33,809 bases of DNA, taken from contig JAZKJN010000003.1 in the NCBI GenBank assembly GCA_040384285.1, positions 2,919 to 36,727 of the forward strand. Reading direction: 5' to 3'. Of the stretch, positions 17,239 through 27,111 are shown piece by piece; within the stretch, counting starts at the first letter, position 1, and the number at the start of each line of letters is the position of its first letter. Position numbers and translations under genes: made by a program. The notes beneath the pieces were generated by a model, which worked only from the letters and a program-made list of their open reading frames with translations, ran no database searches and was not told where the DNA came from. The stretch comes from Patescibacteria group bacterium. Lineage in GTDB: Bacteria; Patescibacteriota; Minisyncoccia; Phycocordibacterales; PALSA-1337.

Positions 17239-19707
17239 ATGGCATTTTCACTGAAACACATTTTAGGCGATCCAAACAAGAAAGCCCTCAAGAAACACCA
17301 GGCTTTGGTGCCAAAGGTTAATGCCCTTGAGGCGGCCATTTCTGCTCTTTCGGATGAGCAATTGAAAGCTAAAACAATTGAATTTAAAGACCGCCTTGCA
17401 AAAGGTGAGGCACTCGACGCTCTTGTGCCCGAAGCTTTTGCTGTTGTGCGAGAAGCTTCAAAACGCGTACTTGGACAGCGACATTTTGATGTGCAATTGA
17501 TCGGAGGATCGATCCTCCATTCTGGAAGTATCGCTGAGATGCGTACCGGAGAAGGAAAGACACTTGTTGCGACACTTCCTGCATATGTAAATGCTCTTTC
17601 GGGAGATGGTGTACATGTGGTGACAGTAAACGACTATCTCTCACGTCGAGATGCGACATGGATGGGACAGATCTACTCCTTCCTCGGACTTACTGTCGGA
17701 GTGATCAATCACGACTCTTCTTTTATCTACGATCCAGCTCATACAGAAAAAGACAAGGAGCGAGATGAGACTGGATCTTTCCATGTTGTCCATGAATTTT
17801 TGCGACCAGTCAGTCGAAAGGAGGCATATGCTGCGGATATTACCTACGGAACAAACAACGAGTTTGGTTTCGACTATCTCCGAGACAATCTCGAATATGA
17901 AAAGAACAATCTTCGCCAGCGACCTTTTAATTATGCAATCGTCGACGAGATCGACTCTATTTTGATCGACGAGGCTCGTACGCCTTTGATCATTTCTTCT
18001 CCAACTACTGATTCAGAAAATCTGTACGGTATATTTTCCCAGATGGTGCGAGATTTCAACAAAGAAGAAGATTTCACTGTGGATTTGAAACAGAGAAGCA
18101 TCTTACTTACTCCTCAGGGTATTGCGAAAGCTGAGAAAAAACTTGGTGTAGAAAATATTTATACTGACAAGGGAATCAAATACGTCCACCATCTCGAGAC
18201 TGCCGTTAAAGCAAAGGCACTCTACAATCTCAATACTGAATACGTGATCAAGGAAGGAGAAGTCGTGATCGTCGATACATTTACCGGCCGACTCCAGCCA
18301 GGACGACGATGGTCAGAAGGACTTCATCAGGCGATCGAGGCAAAAGAGGGTGTGGCTGTGCAAAAGGAATCACGAACCTTTGCTTCTATTACTTTCCAAA
18401 ACTATTTCAGACTTTACAAAAAACTTTCAGGAATGACAGGTACTGCTTCGACTTCAAGCGAAGAGTTCTACAAGGTGTACGGACTCGAGACTATCATCGT
18501 CCCTACCAACAAGGGGATTCAGCGAAAGGACAACAACGACCTCATCTTCCAGACAGAGATTGGAAAATTTAAAGCAATCGCTCGTAAGGTAAAGGAGCTC
18601 AACAAGCTTGGTCAGCCAGTACTCATCGGTACGGTATCTATCGAGAAAAACGAAGTTCTCTCAGAATTCCTCAAAGCAGAAGGTGTTGTTCATCAGATTT
18701 TGAATGCAAAAAACCACGAGCGTGAAGGAGAGATTATTGCACAAGCAGGAAAGAAGGGGGCAGTGACTATCGCTACAAACATGGCAGGACGAGGAGTGGA
18801 CGTGAAGCTTGGAGGAAACCCGGGTGCTAAAGATCTCTACGAAGAGGTAAAGGGAATCGGTGGACTTTTTGTGCTCGGTACAGAGCGACATGAAGCGCGA
18901 CGCATCGACAACCAGCTTCGAGGACGATCGGGACGACAGGGAGATCCTGGAGCAACACAGTTTTTTGTTTCTCTTGAAGACTCGCTCATGCGCATCTTTG
19001 CTTCTGACACCATCAAAAATCTCATGGGACGCCTTGGTGTTGCAGATGATGAACCAATCGAGAACCGCATCATCACTCGTTCACTCGAAAGTGCACAGAC
19101 AAAGATCGAAGGATTTAACTTTGATTCTCGAAAGCATGTTTTGGAATATGACGATATTTTGAACCATCAGCGAAAGACTGTGTATGAACGCCGACGAAAG
19201 ACTCTTCTCGGAACTCTGGATGAAGTGGAGGAAAAGCTCAACGAAGTTGTGCTTGGTAATGAAGAGATACAAAAAGTAATCGATACAAAGACTGCACAAA
19301 TCGGTCGTGATGCATTTTTGGGTGTGGTACGACAGGTTATGCTCCAGGCCATTGATATGTTTTGGGTTGAGCACCTCGAAGTCATGGACTACACACGATC
19401 AAGCGTAAATCTTCGAGCTTACGGTCAGCGTGATCCACTTGTTGAATACAAAAAGGAGGGACTCCGACTCTTTAAAGAGATGCAGGCAGCTATTGATGCA
19501 CAAATTCTCAATGTTTTGCCACATATTGCTGCAGGGACAATTGCACAGGAGACAGTTGAACTCAAAGAAGTACACGATCAAGCTCAGGCGATAGGGGAAG
19601 GGTCAAGCACTGCACCTGCTGAGGTTCCTAAAAAAGATGAGGTAGGAAGGAATGACACATGCCCTTGTGGAAGTGGAAAGAAGTACAAGAAGTGCCATGG
19701 CATGTAA
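17239..19707 (+). CDS. secA: Preprotein translocase ATPase SecA
   Basis: EMRTGEGKTL, IVDEIDSILIDEARTPLIIS, RIDNQLRGRSGRQGDPG and C-terminal SEC-C motif GRNDTCPCGSGKKYKKCHG. Confidence 0.99.
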   Translation: MAFSLKHILGDPNKKALKKHQALVPKVNALEAAISALSDEQLKAKTIEFKDRLAKGEALDALVPEAFAVVREASKRVLGQRHFDVQLIGGSILHSGSIAEMRTGEGKTLVATLPAYVNALSGDGVHVVTVNDYLSRRDATWMGQIYSFLGLTVGVINHDSSFIYDPAHTEKDKERDETGSFHVVHEFLRPVSRKEAYAADITYGTNNEFGFDYLRDNLEYEKNNLRQRPFNYAIVDEIDSILIDEARTPLIISSPTTDSENLYGIFSQMVRDFNKEEDFTVDLKQRSILLTPQGIAKAEKKLGVENIYTDKGIKYVHHLETAVKAKALYNLNTEYVIKEGEVVIVDTFTGRLQPGRRWSEGLHQAIEAKEGVAVQKESRTFASITFQNYFRLYKKLSGMTGTASTSSEEFYKVYGLETIIVPTNKGIQRKDNNDLIFQTEIGKFKAIARKVKELNKLGQPVLIGTVSIEKNEVLSEFLKAEGVVHQILNAKNHEREGEIIAQAGKKGAVTIATNMAGRGVDVKLGGNPGAKDLYEEVKGIGGLFVLGTERHEARRIDNQLRGRSGRQGDPGATQFFVSLEDSLMRIFASDTIKNLMGRLGVADDEPIENRIITRSLESAQTKIEGFNFDSRKHVLEYDDILNHQRKTVYERRRKTLLGTLDEVEEKLNEVVLGNEEIQKVIDTKTAQIGRDAFLGVVRQVMLQAIDMFWVEHLEVMDYTRSSVNLRAYGQRDPLVEYKKEGLRLFKEMQAAIDAQILNVLPHIAAGTIAQETVELKEVHDQAQAIGEGSSTAPAEVPKKDEVGRNDTCPCGSGKKYKKCHGM

Positions 19708-19743
19708 AACTGTTGTGTGGTATAAATGAGTTATTAACCACAC

Positions 19744-20784
19744 ATGGAAAGTAAGACTCAACACTACTTCTTTCTCGCAATACTTATCGGTGCTATCGCA
19801 CTGACGGCTTGTATTTTCTTTCCATATCTCACCTCGCTTCTCCTTGCCGTCGTCTTTTCAGTAGCATTCCGACCTCTTCATCGATGGGTTTCAAGAATTT
19901 TCTCAAATAAAAACCAGGCAAGCTCATTTTCTTCGTTCATCACCCTTGCTATTGTTCTTGTTCTCGTGATCACTCCGCTTATCTTCCTTGCAAAGCAGAT
20001 ATATACTGAAAGCGAAAACCTTTACTACGGACTCACCGAAGAGGGACAGCGGGCACAGCTTATCACTACACTGAACACTGTCTCTCAAACACTTTCTGAC
20101 AAAGCTGCGGGAATCTTTCCTGCGTACAATTTCGACAATTTCAATGTCACTCGCTATGTTCAGAACTTTCTCGAATGGTCATTTGCCAATCTCGACACTA
20201 TCTTCTCGAGCGTTACCAAGCTCATCTTCCAGATATTCATCATGCTCTTTGCATTGTTCTACCTTCTCCGTGATGGTGGAAGGTTCAAGCAGAGCTTGAT
20301 CAATGTGAGTCCGCTTGCTGATCAGTACGATGAGAAAATCTTCAGCAAACTCAAGCAAGCAATACGTTCTGTGGTCGTAGGGTCTCTTTCTGTGAGTGTA
20401 ATACAAGGAGTGCTCACTGGCCTTGGTTTCTATATCTTCGGCGTACCGAACCCTGCGCTCTGGGGAAGCTTCGCTGTAGTCGCCGCATTGATACCGGGTA
20501 TCGGAACATCTTTGGTCTTGGTTCCAGGTATCATCTACCTTTTCTTTGCAAGCACGCATCTTCATGCAATGGGACTTTTGATCTGGGGAATCGTGGCAGT
20601 AGGACTTATCGACAACTATCTCGGCCCCATGCTCGTCAACAAAGGTATACATATCCATCCGTTCATCATTCTCTTGTCAGTTATGGGAGGGTTGGTGTTC
20701 TTTGGACCTATCGGATTTATCGCAGGACCTCTCGTCGTGGCGCTCCTCTACGCTCTTCTCGAAATTTACAATACGACCAGATAG
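19744..20784 (+). CDS. AI-2E family (PerM/YdiK-like) transporter
   Basis: Multi-TM protein; FYLLRDG, IDNYLGP and HPFIILLSVMGGLVFFGPIGFIAGP motifs. Confidence 0.9.
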   Translation: MESKTQHYFFLAILIGAIALTACIFFPYLTSLLLAVVFSVAFRPLHRWVSRIFSNKNQASSFSSFITLAIVLVLVITPLIFLAKQIYTESENLYYGLTEEGQRAQLITTLNTVSQTLSDKAAGIFPAYNFDNFNVTRYVQNFLEWSFANLDTIFSSVTKLIFQIFIMLFALFYLLRDGGRFKQSLINVSPLADQYDEKIFSKLKQAIRSVVVGSLSVSVIQGVLTGLGFYIFGVPNPALWGSFAVVAALIPGIGTSLVLVPGIIYLFFASTHLHAMGLLIWGIVAVGLIDNYLGPMLVNKGIHIHPFIILLSVMGGLVFFGPIGFIAGPLVVALLYALLEIYNTTR

Positions 20785-20820
20785 TGGTACAGTGGCTTCC
20801 TGACCTAATCTAAAGCAACT

Positions 20821-21795
20821 ATGGCATTTATCGACGATCTTACATTTCACATAAAAGCAGGCGCAGGCGGCGACGGTGTCGTGCGTTGGCGACATGAACG
20901 CGGGCGAGAGCTTGCGGGAGCTTCTGGTGGGTATGGAGGGAAGGGGGGAGATGTCTATGTGCGAGGTATTCGCGACCTCGGTATTCTTGCTCGATATCGA
21001 AACACAAAAGAATTTGAATCACAAAAAGGTGAAGACGGTATGCGCGATTCAAAGCACGGGAGAGATGGTGATGATCTTATCATCGATCTTCCTCTTGGAT
21101 CCGTGGTCACAAATCTTTACACAAAGCGAGCCATCAGTCTTTTGAATGATGAAGAAAAAGTGCTCATCCTCAAGGGAGGACGAGGTGGACTTGGCAATGA
21201 ACATTTCAAGGCTTCTACTAACACCACACCTACAGAATCAACTCCAGGAAAGCCGGGAGAAGAATATGATTTCCATGTTGAAGTTGAGCTTGTGGCAGAT
21301 GCAGGACTTGTGGGACTTCCAAACGCCGGCAAATCAAGTCTCCTCAATGCTCTCACAAACGCACGCGCAGAAGTGGGGAGCTACGCCTTTACAACACTCG
21401 AGCCAAACCTCGGAGCGCTTCCTGGAGGATATATCATGGCGGACATCCCAGGACTTATCGAAGGTGCCTCAGAAGGCAAGGGACTCGGACATAAATTTTT
21501 GAAACATATTAAAAGAACACATCGTATTTTCCATTTGATCTCTCTTGAGAATGAAGACCTTGTCGCTACCTACAAAACTATCCGAACCGAGTTGGCAAAC
21601 TTTGACCAAGGGCTCGAAGACAAAGAGGAAACAATTATTTTGACCAAGACCGATATGGTTGATGAGAAGGCGGTGACTGAGGCAAAAAAGGCTCTCAAAA
21701 AGCTTAACCCCGACATCCTTACCGTCACAGTTCTCGATGATGCATCAATCAAAGAACTTTCTGATACTTTGATCAAAAAGCTCCGTAAAGCATAG
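20821..21795 (+). CDS. obgE: Obg family GTPase ObgE/CgtA
   Basis: Gly-rich Obg domain (FIDD...AGAGGDG), G1 GLPNAGKS, YAFTTLEP, G3 DIPG, G4 TKTD. Confidence 0.96.
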   Translation: MAFIDDLTFHIKAGAGGDGVVRWRHERGRELAGASGGYGGKGGDVYVRGIRDLGILARYRNTKEFESQKGEDGMRDSKHGRDGDDLIIDLPLGSVVTNLYTKRAISLLNDEEKVLILKGGRGGLGNEHFKASTNTTPTESTPGKPGEEYDFHVEVELVADAGLVGLPNAGKSSLLNALTNARAEVGSYAFTTLEPNLGALPGGYIMADIPGLIEGASEGKGLGHKFLKHIKRTHRIFHLISLENEDLVATYKTIRTELANFDQGLEDKEETIILTKTDMVDEKAVTEAKKALKKLNPDILTVTVLDDASIKELSDTLIKKLRKA

Positions 21796-21827
21796 AAAAA
21801 AGGCTGAAATATGCTAGTATAGACTTC

Positions 21828-23264
21828 ATGAATCCCGAACTCATCGCTACTATCGGCCTGGAAATACACGCCGAACTCGCCACTTCCTCAAAGATGTTCT
21901 GCTCCTGCAGAAATAACCCTGACGAAGAGAAGCCAAACGTAAACATTTGTCCTGTTTGCACAGGCCAGCCGGGTACTTTGCCTGTTTTGAATAAAGAAGC
22001 TATTAAGCATGTTTTGAAGGTGGGGTACGCTGTCGGCGGAACCATCGCTAAGTTTACTGAGTGGGATCGCAAGAACTATTTCTATCCCGATATTCCAAAG
22101 GGATACCAGATCAGTCAGTATAAATATCCTCTCGTCTCGGGCGGAGTACTTGCTAATGTTGAACTCACTCGCATTCATCTTGAAGAAGATACTGCTCAGT
22201 CAACACATGATCTCCATGAAAAAAGCTTGGTGAATTTTAATCGTTCAGGTGTTCCTCTCATGGAACTTGTCACAGAGCCGGTGATACACGATGCAGAGAC
22301 TGCTACGCGTTTTGCAAAGGAGCTCCAGCTTCTTCTCCGATACCTCGGAGCAGGGGAGGCAAATATGGAGAAAGGTGAAATGCGAGTAGAAGCAAACATT
22401 TCTGTCGCTTCTCCCGAAGATACAGCAGCACGAAAATTTGGAACAAAGACAGAAGTAAAAAACTTGAACTCTTTCAAGGTGGTTGAGAAAGCTATCGCAT
22501 ACGAGATCGCGCGACAGACCAAGCTCATACAAGAAGGATTGAGGGTGGTACAAGAAACTCGAGGATGGGATGAGAACAAGAGCGAAACATACTCACAGAG
22601 ATTGAAAGAAAGTTCTCATGACTACCGATACTTTCCAGACCCCGATATCCCTAAACTTGAGGTAGGGGAGGTCCCAGAGTTCCGACCCGAGTCTTTGACC
22701 AAGGAGACTCCCGAGCTACCTTGGAAGAAGCGTGAACGCTTCAAGAACGACTTTAAAATGACTGACAAAGAAGTCGCTGTTTTTGTCGATTCACCGGAGA
22801 TCGCACACTACTTCGAAGGGGTGATTTCGGGACATGAATCTGATGCAAAATACATAAAACTTTCAGTGAACTATATCCTCACCGACTACCTTGGACTTTT
22901 GAAAAAAGATGGAAAAGAAATCGATACAATTTCTACAAAAAATTTCTCAGAACTTGTCATACTTATCGTCGAAGGGAAGCTCTCATCACGCGGAGCAAAA
23001 GACACTCTCGTGGTGATGCTTTCGGATGCATCAAGTCCACTTTCAATTGCTGAGAAAAATAATTTTATACAGAAAAGTGATGAAGGGGAGATCAAGAAAA
23101 TTGTCGTCGAACTTCTCTCAAACCAGGCAGCTGCGGTAGCTGAATACAGGGCGGGAAAAGTAGCCTCTCTCCAGTTCCTGATAGGTCAGGGAATGAAGGT
23201 TACAAAGGGGCAGGCAAACCCCGAACTACTCAAGAAACTTATCCTAGAGGTGTTGAACGGATAG
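21828..23264 (+). CDS. gatB: Asp-tRNA(Asn)/Glu-tRNA(Gln) amidotransferase subunit B
   Basis: IGLEIHAEL, RKNYFYPDIPKGYQISQ, HLEEDTA, EVKNLNSF and YRYFPDPD motifs. Confidence 0.97.
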   Translation: MNPELIATIGLEIHAELATSSKMFCSCRNNPDEEKPNVNICPVCTGQPGTLPVLNKEAIKHVLKVGYAVGGTIAKFTEWDRKNYFYPDIPKGYQISQYKYPLVSGGVLANVELTRIHLEEDTAQSTHDLHEKSLVNFNRSGVPLMELVTEPVIHDAETATRFAKELQLLLRYLGAGEANMEKGEMRVEANISVASPEDTAARKFGTKTEVKNLNSFKVVEKAIAYEIARQTKLIQEGLRVVQETRGWDENKSETYSQRLKESSHDYRYFPDPDIPKLEVGEVPEFRPESLTKETPELPWKKRERFKNDFKMTDKEVAVFVDSPEIAHYFEGVISGHESDAKYIKLSVNYILTDYLGLLKKDGKEIDTISTKNFSELVILIVEGKLSSRGAKDTLVVMLSDASSPLSIAEKNNFIQKSDEGEIKKIVVELLSNQAAAVAEYRAGKVASLQFLIGQGMKVTKGQANPELLKKLILEVLNG

Positions 23265-23456
23265 TCTCTTTTTACGAGCTCTTGGCGCCATGTCGTCCAG
23301 GAGTTTTTCTATGTCTGTTCGAAGGTATACTCGGTAGTTGCTGATAGGGTGACGACCAGCGGGGAACTTACCACTGTTGTCCCAGTTGCGAAGAGTGAGT
23401 GCAGAGACCCCGAGTATTTTTGACGCTTCTTTGATGGTGATATATTTTTTTTCCAT
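23244..23456 (-). CDS. Small MerR/excisionase-like HTH DNA-binding protein
   Basis: ITIKEASKILGVSALTLRNWDNSGK and NYRVY motifs; 70 aa; overlaps the gatB 3' end by 21 nt. Confidence 0.85.
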   Translation of the reverse strand: MEKKYITIKEASKILGVSALTLRNWDNSGKFPAGRHPISNYRVYLRTDIEKLLDDMAPRARKKRLSVQHL

Positions 23457-23898
23457 AAAATTTTAGTTAAATTTGATGCCTTACTATAAATTACTTAACA
23501 TTGATATACATTATAATATATCTAGTAAGGTTTACAAATGATTTATCAACAGTAGTAAGTCTCATAAAAATATCTGAAACAATGACATTTGAGAACATTC
23601 AAAATGAATGATGTCTGGTATTCTAGTAAAATCTATTACTGATCTGTCTCAGTTTCTGATGACTAAATTACATTTGAGAGAAGATTTTTTCGACCTTTTA
23701 AAATGCGATATAGGACTTTCTTTTTCTTAATGAGTGTATTTGGAGCTGCTCTTGCCAGAGCTTATTTTATTGTGTTTGAAACTAAAAAAAGTAAGGAAAA
23801 ATAAATTACAGAATTACCTTGTGTTATCCCCATATTTTATAGAATGAAAAGCGCTAAGGTGTCGTATAATTATCTATGAAAATATCAATGCATAGAGT

Positions 23899-24546
23899 AT
23901 GAAGGACACACTCATTTTACAAGATAAAATCTACATCTCGGCTAAACGAGTTCACGAAATATTCGGCTATACGAGTGACTATGTCGGTCAGCTCTGTCGA
24001 GCGGGAAAGCTCGAAGCCCGCATGGTCGGACGCTCATGGTTTGTGACAGAAAAATCTGTCGCCGATCACAAAATTGAAGCTCTCAAAGTTTTGAATCCTC
24101 GCATCGCTCTCGCAGAGGCAAAGGCCCTTTCAAACCAGGGTTTTAAAATGGCAACCTTGAGTATGGTCTGTGCCGTCCTTCTCCTCTCCTTTCTTTTTAC
24201 CTCAGTTTCTTCCCAGACTCTCGTTACGGCTTCCTTCGGATCTGTGTCGCAGGAGATAGTTCGAGCTTTCTTGGGTCTCTTCACTCGGACAGCTTCTCAT
24301 ACTGCAGTTGCACCTTTGCCCGTAAAGCCTGTGGCGGGTGATTGGAATGGGATTGCAGTCGTCCCATCTCAGGGCTCAAGGGTTGCAGACGAGGCTCTTG
24401 AGAAAAAAATACGAGACTCTTTCTCGGACGAAGTAATCGTCTCTATGGATGCTGACAGAAATTCAGGAGTTATAACGCCTGTCTTTAAAAAATCTCAAGG
24501 CGAGGATTTCTTATATGTACTGGTTCCCGTCGGAGAGAGTCCTTGA
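23899..24546 (+). CDS. HTH_17-like DNA-binding domain + transmembrane helix + small C-terminal domain
   Basis: YISAKRVHEIFGYTSDYVGQLCRAGKLEARMVGRSWFV followed by hydrophobic ATLSMVCAVLLLSFLF; TATAAT at 23865-23870. Confidence 0.75.
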   Translation: MKDTLILQDKIYISAKRVHEIFGYTSDYVGQLCRAGKLEARMVGRSWFVTEKSVADHKIEALKVLNPRIALAEAKALSNQGFKMATLSMVCAVLLLSFLFTSVSSQTLVTASFGSVSQEIVRAFLGLFTRTASHTAVAPLPVKPVAGDWNGIAVVPSQGSRVADEALEKKIRDSFSDEVIVSMDADRNSGVITPVFKKSQGEDFLYVLVPVGESP

Positions 24547-24558
24547 GAGTAAGACAGT

Positions 24559-24629
24559 CATCGTTTTTATTCATCTTGATTTCATAGAGAATCCAGATGA
24601 ATGAGCGCGATGCTCAGAAAAGGTCGAAA
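24559..24629 (+). promoter_or_regulatory. Long leader hairpin followed by AAAAGGTCGAAA motif
   Basis: CATCGT-T-TTTATTCATCT-T-GATTT pairs with GAATC-C-AGATGAATGAG-C-GCGATG (24559-24612); motif at 24618-24629. Confidence 0.5.
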
Positions 24630-24677
24630 TATTATTACATTAGGTTCAGTTAAAAATTATAAACATTAAAAATTAGT

Positions 24678-25349
24678 ATGAAAAATCTTATCAAAACCCT
24701 TCAGGCAAGCACTTCATATCTTCTCATCCTTGCCTTCATGTTCGTGGTTTTCGAACCAGCGATCAGCAAGGCTATTGAAGATCAGTTTACCGTGACACAG
24801 GTGGTCACAGCAGAAATTTCGTTCCTCACACCTGGAACAGACATTACGATGAGCCCATCACTTGCCGGTATCACCGGAGGTACATCAAATGGTCAGACCA
24901 CAATCAGAGTTCTTACCAACAATGCTCTCGGATATAACATGACACTCACTGCAAGTTCATCTCTAGGAATGATTGGGAACTCTCAAGGAGGTACAATCCC
25001 TGCATATATCCACATTGGAAGTACAACTCCTCAGTTTGTTTTTACAACTCCAACGGATACTGCTCGTTTCGGCTACACCGTAGAAGCTTCTACAACAGCA
25101 GACCTCGCAACTGCATTCAAAGACACAGGAGCAATCTGTGGAGCTGGATCAGGTGACACTGTAGATGCGTGCTGGATCAATGCAAGTACATCAGCTGTGA
25201 CTATCATCAACAGAACAACAGCTACTGCAGCGTCAGGTTCAACAAGCACCATTAAGTTTCGAACAGTCATCGACTCAAACCCCGTTCCAGCTGTCCCACA
25301 GGATACGTACGTGGCAACCACAACGCTTACCGCAACAGTAAACCCTTAA
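24678..25349 (+). CDS. Secreted WxL/pilin-like beta protein (putative major subunit)
   Basis: Signal peptide ending SKA, Thr/Ser-rich, C-x10-CW motif, C-terminal strand TYVATTTLTATVNP. Confidence 0.6.
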   Translation: MKNLIKTLQASTSYLLILAFMFVVFEPAISKAIEDQFTVTQVVTAEISFLTPGTDITMSPSLAGITGGTSNGQTTIRVLTNNALGYNMTLTASSSLGMIGNSQGGTIPAYIHIGSTTPQFVFTTPTDTARFGYTVEASTTADLATAFKDTGAICGAGSGDTVDACWINASTSAVTIINRTTATAASGSTSTIKFRTVIDSNPVPAVPQDTYVATTTLTATVNP

Positions 25350-25367
25350 TCGTCCCCGCTTACTACC

Positions 25368-26345
25368 ATGAAATTAAAAAATATTATTAGAACTTCTGTC
25401 ATTCTTTCGATCGCCTTCTTTTCTCTGTCTACATTTGTGTACGCTGCCCCATATCAAGTGGAGCAATTGCCTGACAAAACCGTCTACAACGATTTCGTCG
25501 TAGGCCCGGGAAAATATCAGGTTGAACTCAAACCAGGACAATCAAAGGTCGTAAACGTGATCGTGAGCAATCGTCTCGGAAAGGATAAGGCATTCCAGAT
25601 CCAAGTAGAAGACTTCAAGGGTTCTCGAGATCCTTTGAAGCCTGTCATTCTTCTCGATGGAGAGCGAGGTCCATACTCTCTCAAAGATTACTTGAAGTTC
25701 GGCTCAACAACCTTCATGGTCAATCATGCTGAGAGAGTCACGATCCCCGTAACAGTAAGTATTCCAAGTGATGCTCAGCCAGGAGGTCTCTACGGAAGTG
25801 TCATCATCAGTACTGTTACAACAGCTCAGGAACAAGTTCTTGAGGGAGAATCAAGTGCTGGAGCAAATCCTATTGTTACTCGTATTGGCTCGTTGTTCTT
25901 TATAAAGATTGCAGGAGATGTCAAAGAAGATCTCGTACTCAAGGATTTCTCTCTGGCAGATCACGCATGGCTTTTGAGTGGAGGTTCAGTTTCATTCCAG
26001 CTCCTCTACGAAAACAATGGAACAGTTCATGAAAATCCATATGGATTTATCCGAGTGAAGAATATGTTTGGATCAGAGATTGCAAAGATAGAAGTTGAAC
26101 CATGGTTCTTGCTCCCAGACTCAACACGTCTTCGAGAAGTTGCATGGGAGACACCGTTTCTCTTTGGAAGATATGTTGCTACTGCAGATATCGCCAAGGG
26201 ATATGGAGGAGAGAAGGACCTTGCCACAGTGGCATTCTGGGTTCTTCCATGGAAAATCATTGGTCTCGTGTTTATTGTCATCGTAGTAATCGTGCTCGCA
26301 GTTCGATGGATTGCTTCAAAGTTCACAATATCCTTTAAGAAATAA
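25368..26345 (+). CDS. DUF916/WxL-interacting-like secreted protein with C-terminal TM anchor
   Basis: Signal peptide (VYA), LKPGQSK, IPSDAQPGGLYGSVII and YENNGTVH motifs; C-terminal TM followed by a basic tail. Confidence 0.65.
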   Translation: MKLKNIIRTSVILSIAFFSLSTFVYAAPYQVEQLPDKTVYNDFVVGPGKYQVELKPGQSKVVNVIVSNRLGKDKAFQIQVEDFKGSRDPLKPVILLDGERGPYSLKDYLKFGSTTFMVNHAERVTIPVTVSIPSDAQPGGLYGSVIISTVTTAQEQVLEGESSAGANPIVTRIGSLFFIKIAGDVKEDLVLKDFSLADHAWLLSGGSVSFQLLYENNGTVHENPYGFIRVKNMFGSEIAKIEVEPWFLLPDSTRLREVAWETPFLFGRYVATADIAKGYGGEKDLATVAFWVLPWKIIGLVFIVIVVIVLAVRWIASKFTISFKK

Positions 26346-27109
26346 TGCTCTTTAGAAATCAAAAAATTACTGTACTCCTCGTTCTTCTCATGTGTGTCGT
26401 GCCATCTGCGCACTATATATATGCGCAAGTGATGACCGGTACGCTGTATAAAGTACAGAGTGATAGTTTGAACTTCGGAGGAGGTCGCTCAACTTCCACA
26501 ACATATATCTCTGAAAATACATTTGGAGAAATAGCGACAGGGAATTCAACAAGCACACTCTATAGCATTGGTGCAGGATATCAGCAGATGCAGGCTATAT
26601 ATATAGCAGTTACATTTCCCGCAAATAACGTAGTCATGTCTCCTGCTATCGGGGGTCTTACAGGAGGAACCTCAGTAGGATCAACAGACATCGCTGTCAC
26701 AACCGATAATCCAGCTGGATACACAATGACTATTAAGGCAAGCTCAAGTCCAGCTATGCAGTCACTTACATCAAGTATTGCAGACTATACTCCAGCGGGA
26801 GCTGATCCAGACTACAACTTCTCAGTAGCCTCTACGGACTCAGAGCTAGCGTTTACCCCAGAAGGCGAAGACATCGTACAGAGATTTAGAGATAATGGTT
26901 CATTTTGCAACACTGGTTCAAGTGACACCCTCGATAAATGCTGGGCACCTCTCTCTACCTCTCCTCAGACGATCGTCACTCGAAACTCTCCAAACCATCC
27001 AGGGGGAACATTCACTGTGATCAACTTTAGGGTTGGCGTAGGATCAGCTCGAGTTCAGGAACCAGGAACATACATAGCAACAACAACAGTAACCATCCTT
27101 CCTCAGTAA
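26345..27109 (+). CDS. Secreted WxL/pilin-like paralogue with extra N-terminal Ser/Gly-rich domain
   Basis: Signal peptide (IYA); C-terminal ~165 aa aligns by eye to 24678-25349 (MSP...TGGTS.G, GY.MT..ASSS, C-x10-CW, TYIATTTVT). Confidence 0.65.
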   Translation: MLFRNQKITVLLVLLMCVVPSAHYIYAQVMTGTLYKVQSDSLNFGGGRSTSTTYISENTFGEIATGNSTSTLYSIGAGYQQMQAIYIAVTFPANNVVMSPAIGGLTGGTSVGSTDIAVTTDNPAGYTMTIKASSSPAMQSLTSSIADYTPAGADPDYNFSVASTDSELAFTPEGEDIVQRFRDNGSFCNTGSSDTLDKCWAPLSTSPQTIVTRNSPNHPGGTFTVINFRVGVGSARVQEPGTYIATTTVTILPQ

Positions 27110-27111
27110 TT

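Noticed and set aside
23457-23898. Replication origin in the AT-rich spacer
   Set aside because: Only two scattered one-mismatch DnaA-box-like 9-mers (TTATCAACA, TTATCCCCA) and no dnaA/dnaN nearby; it is better explained as a divergent promoter region.
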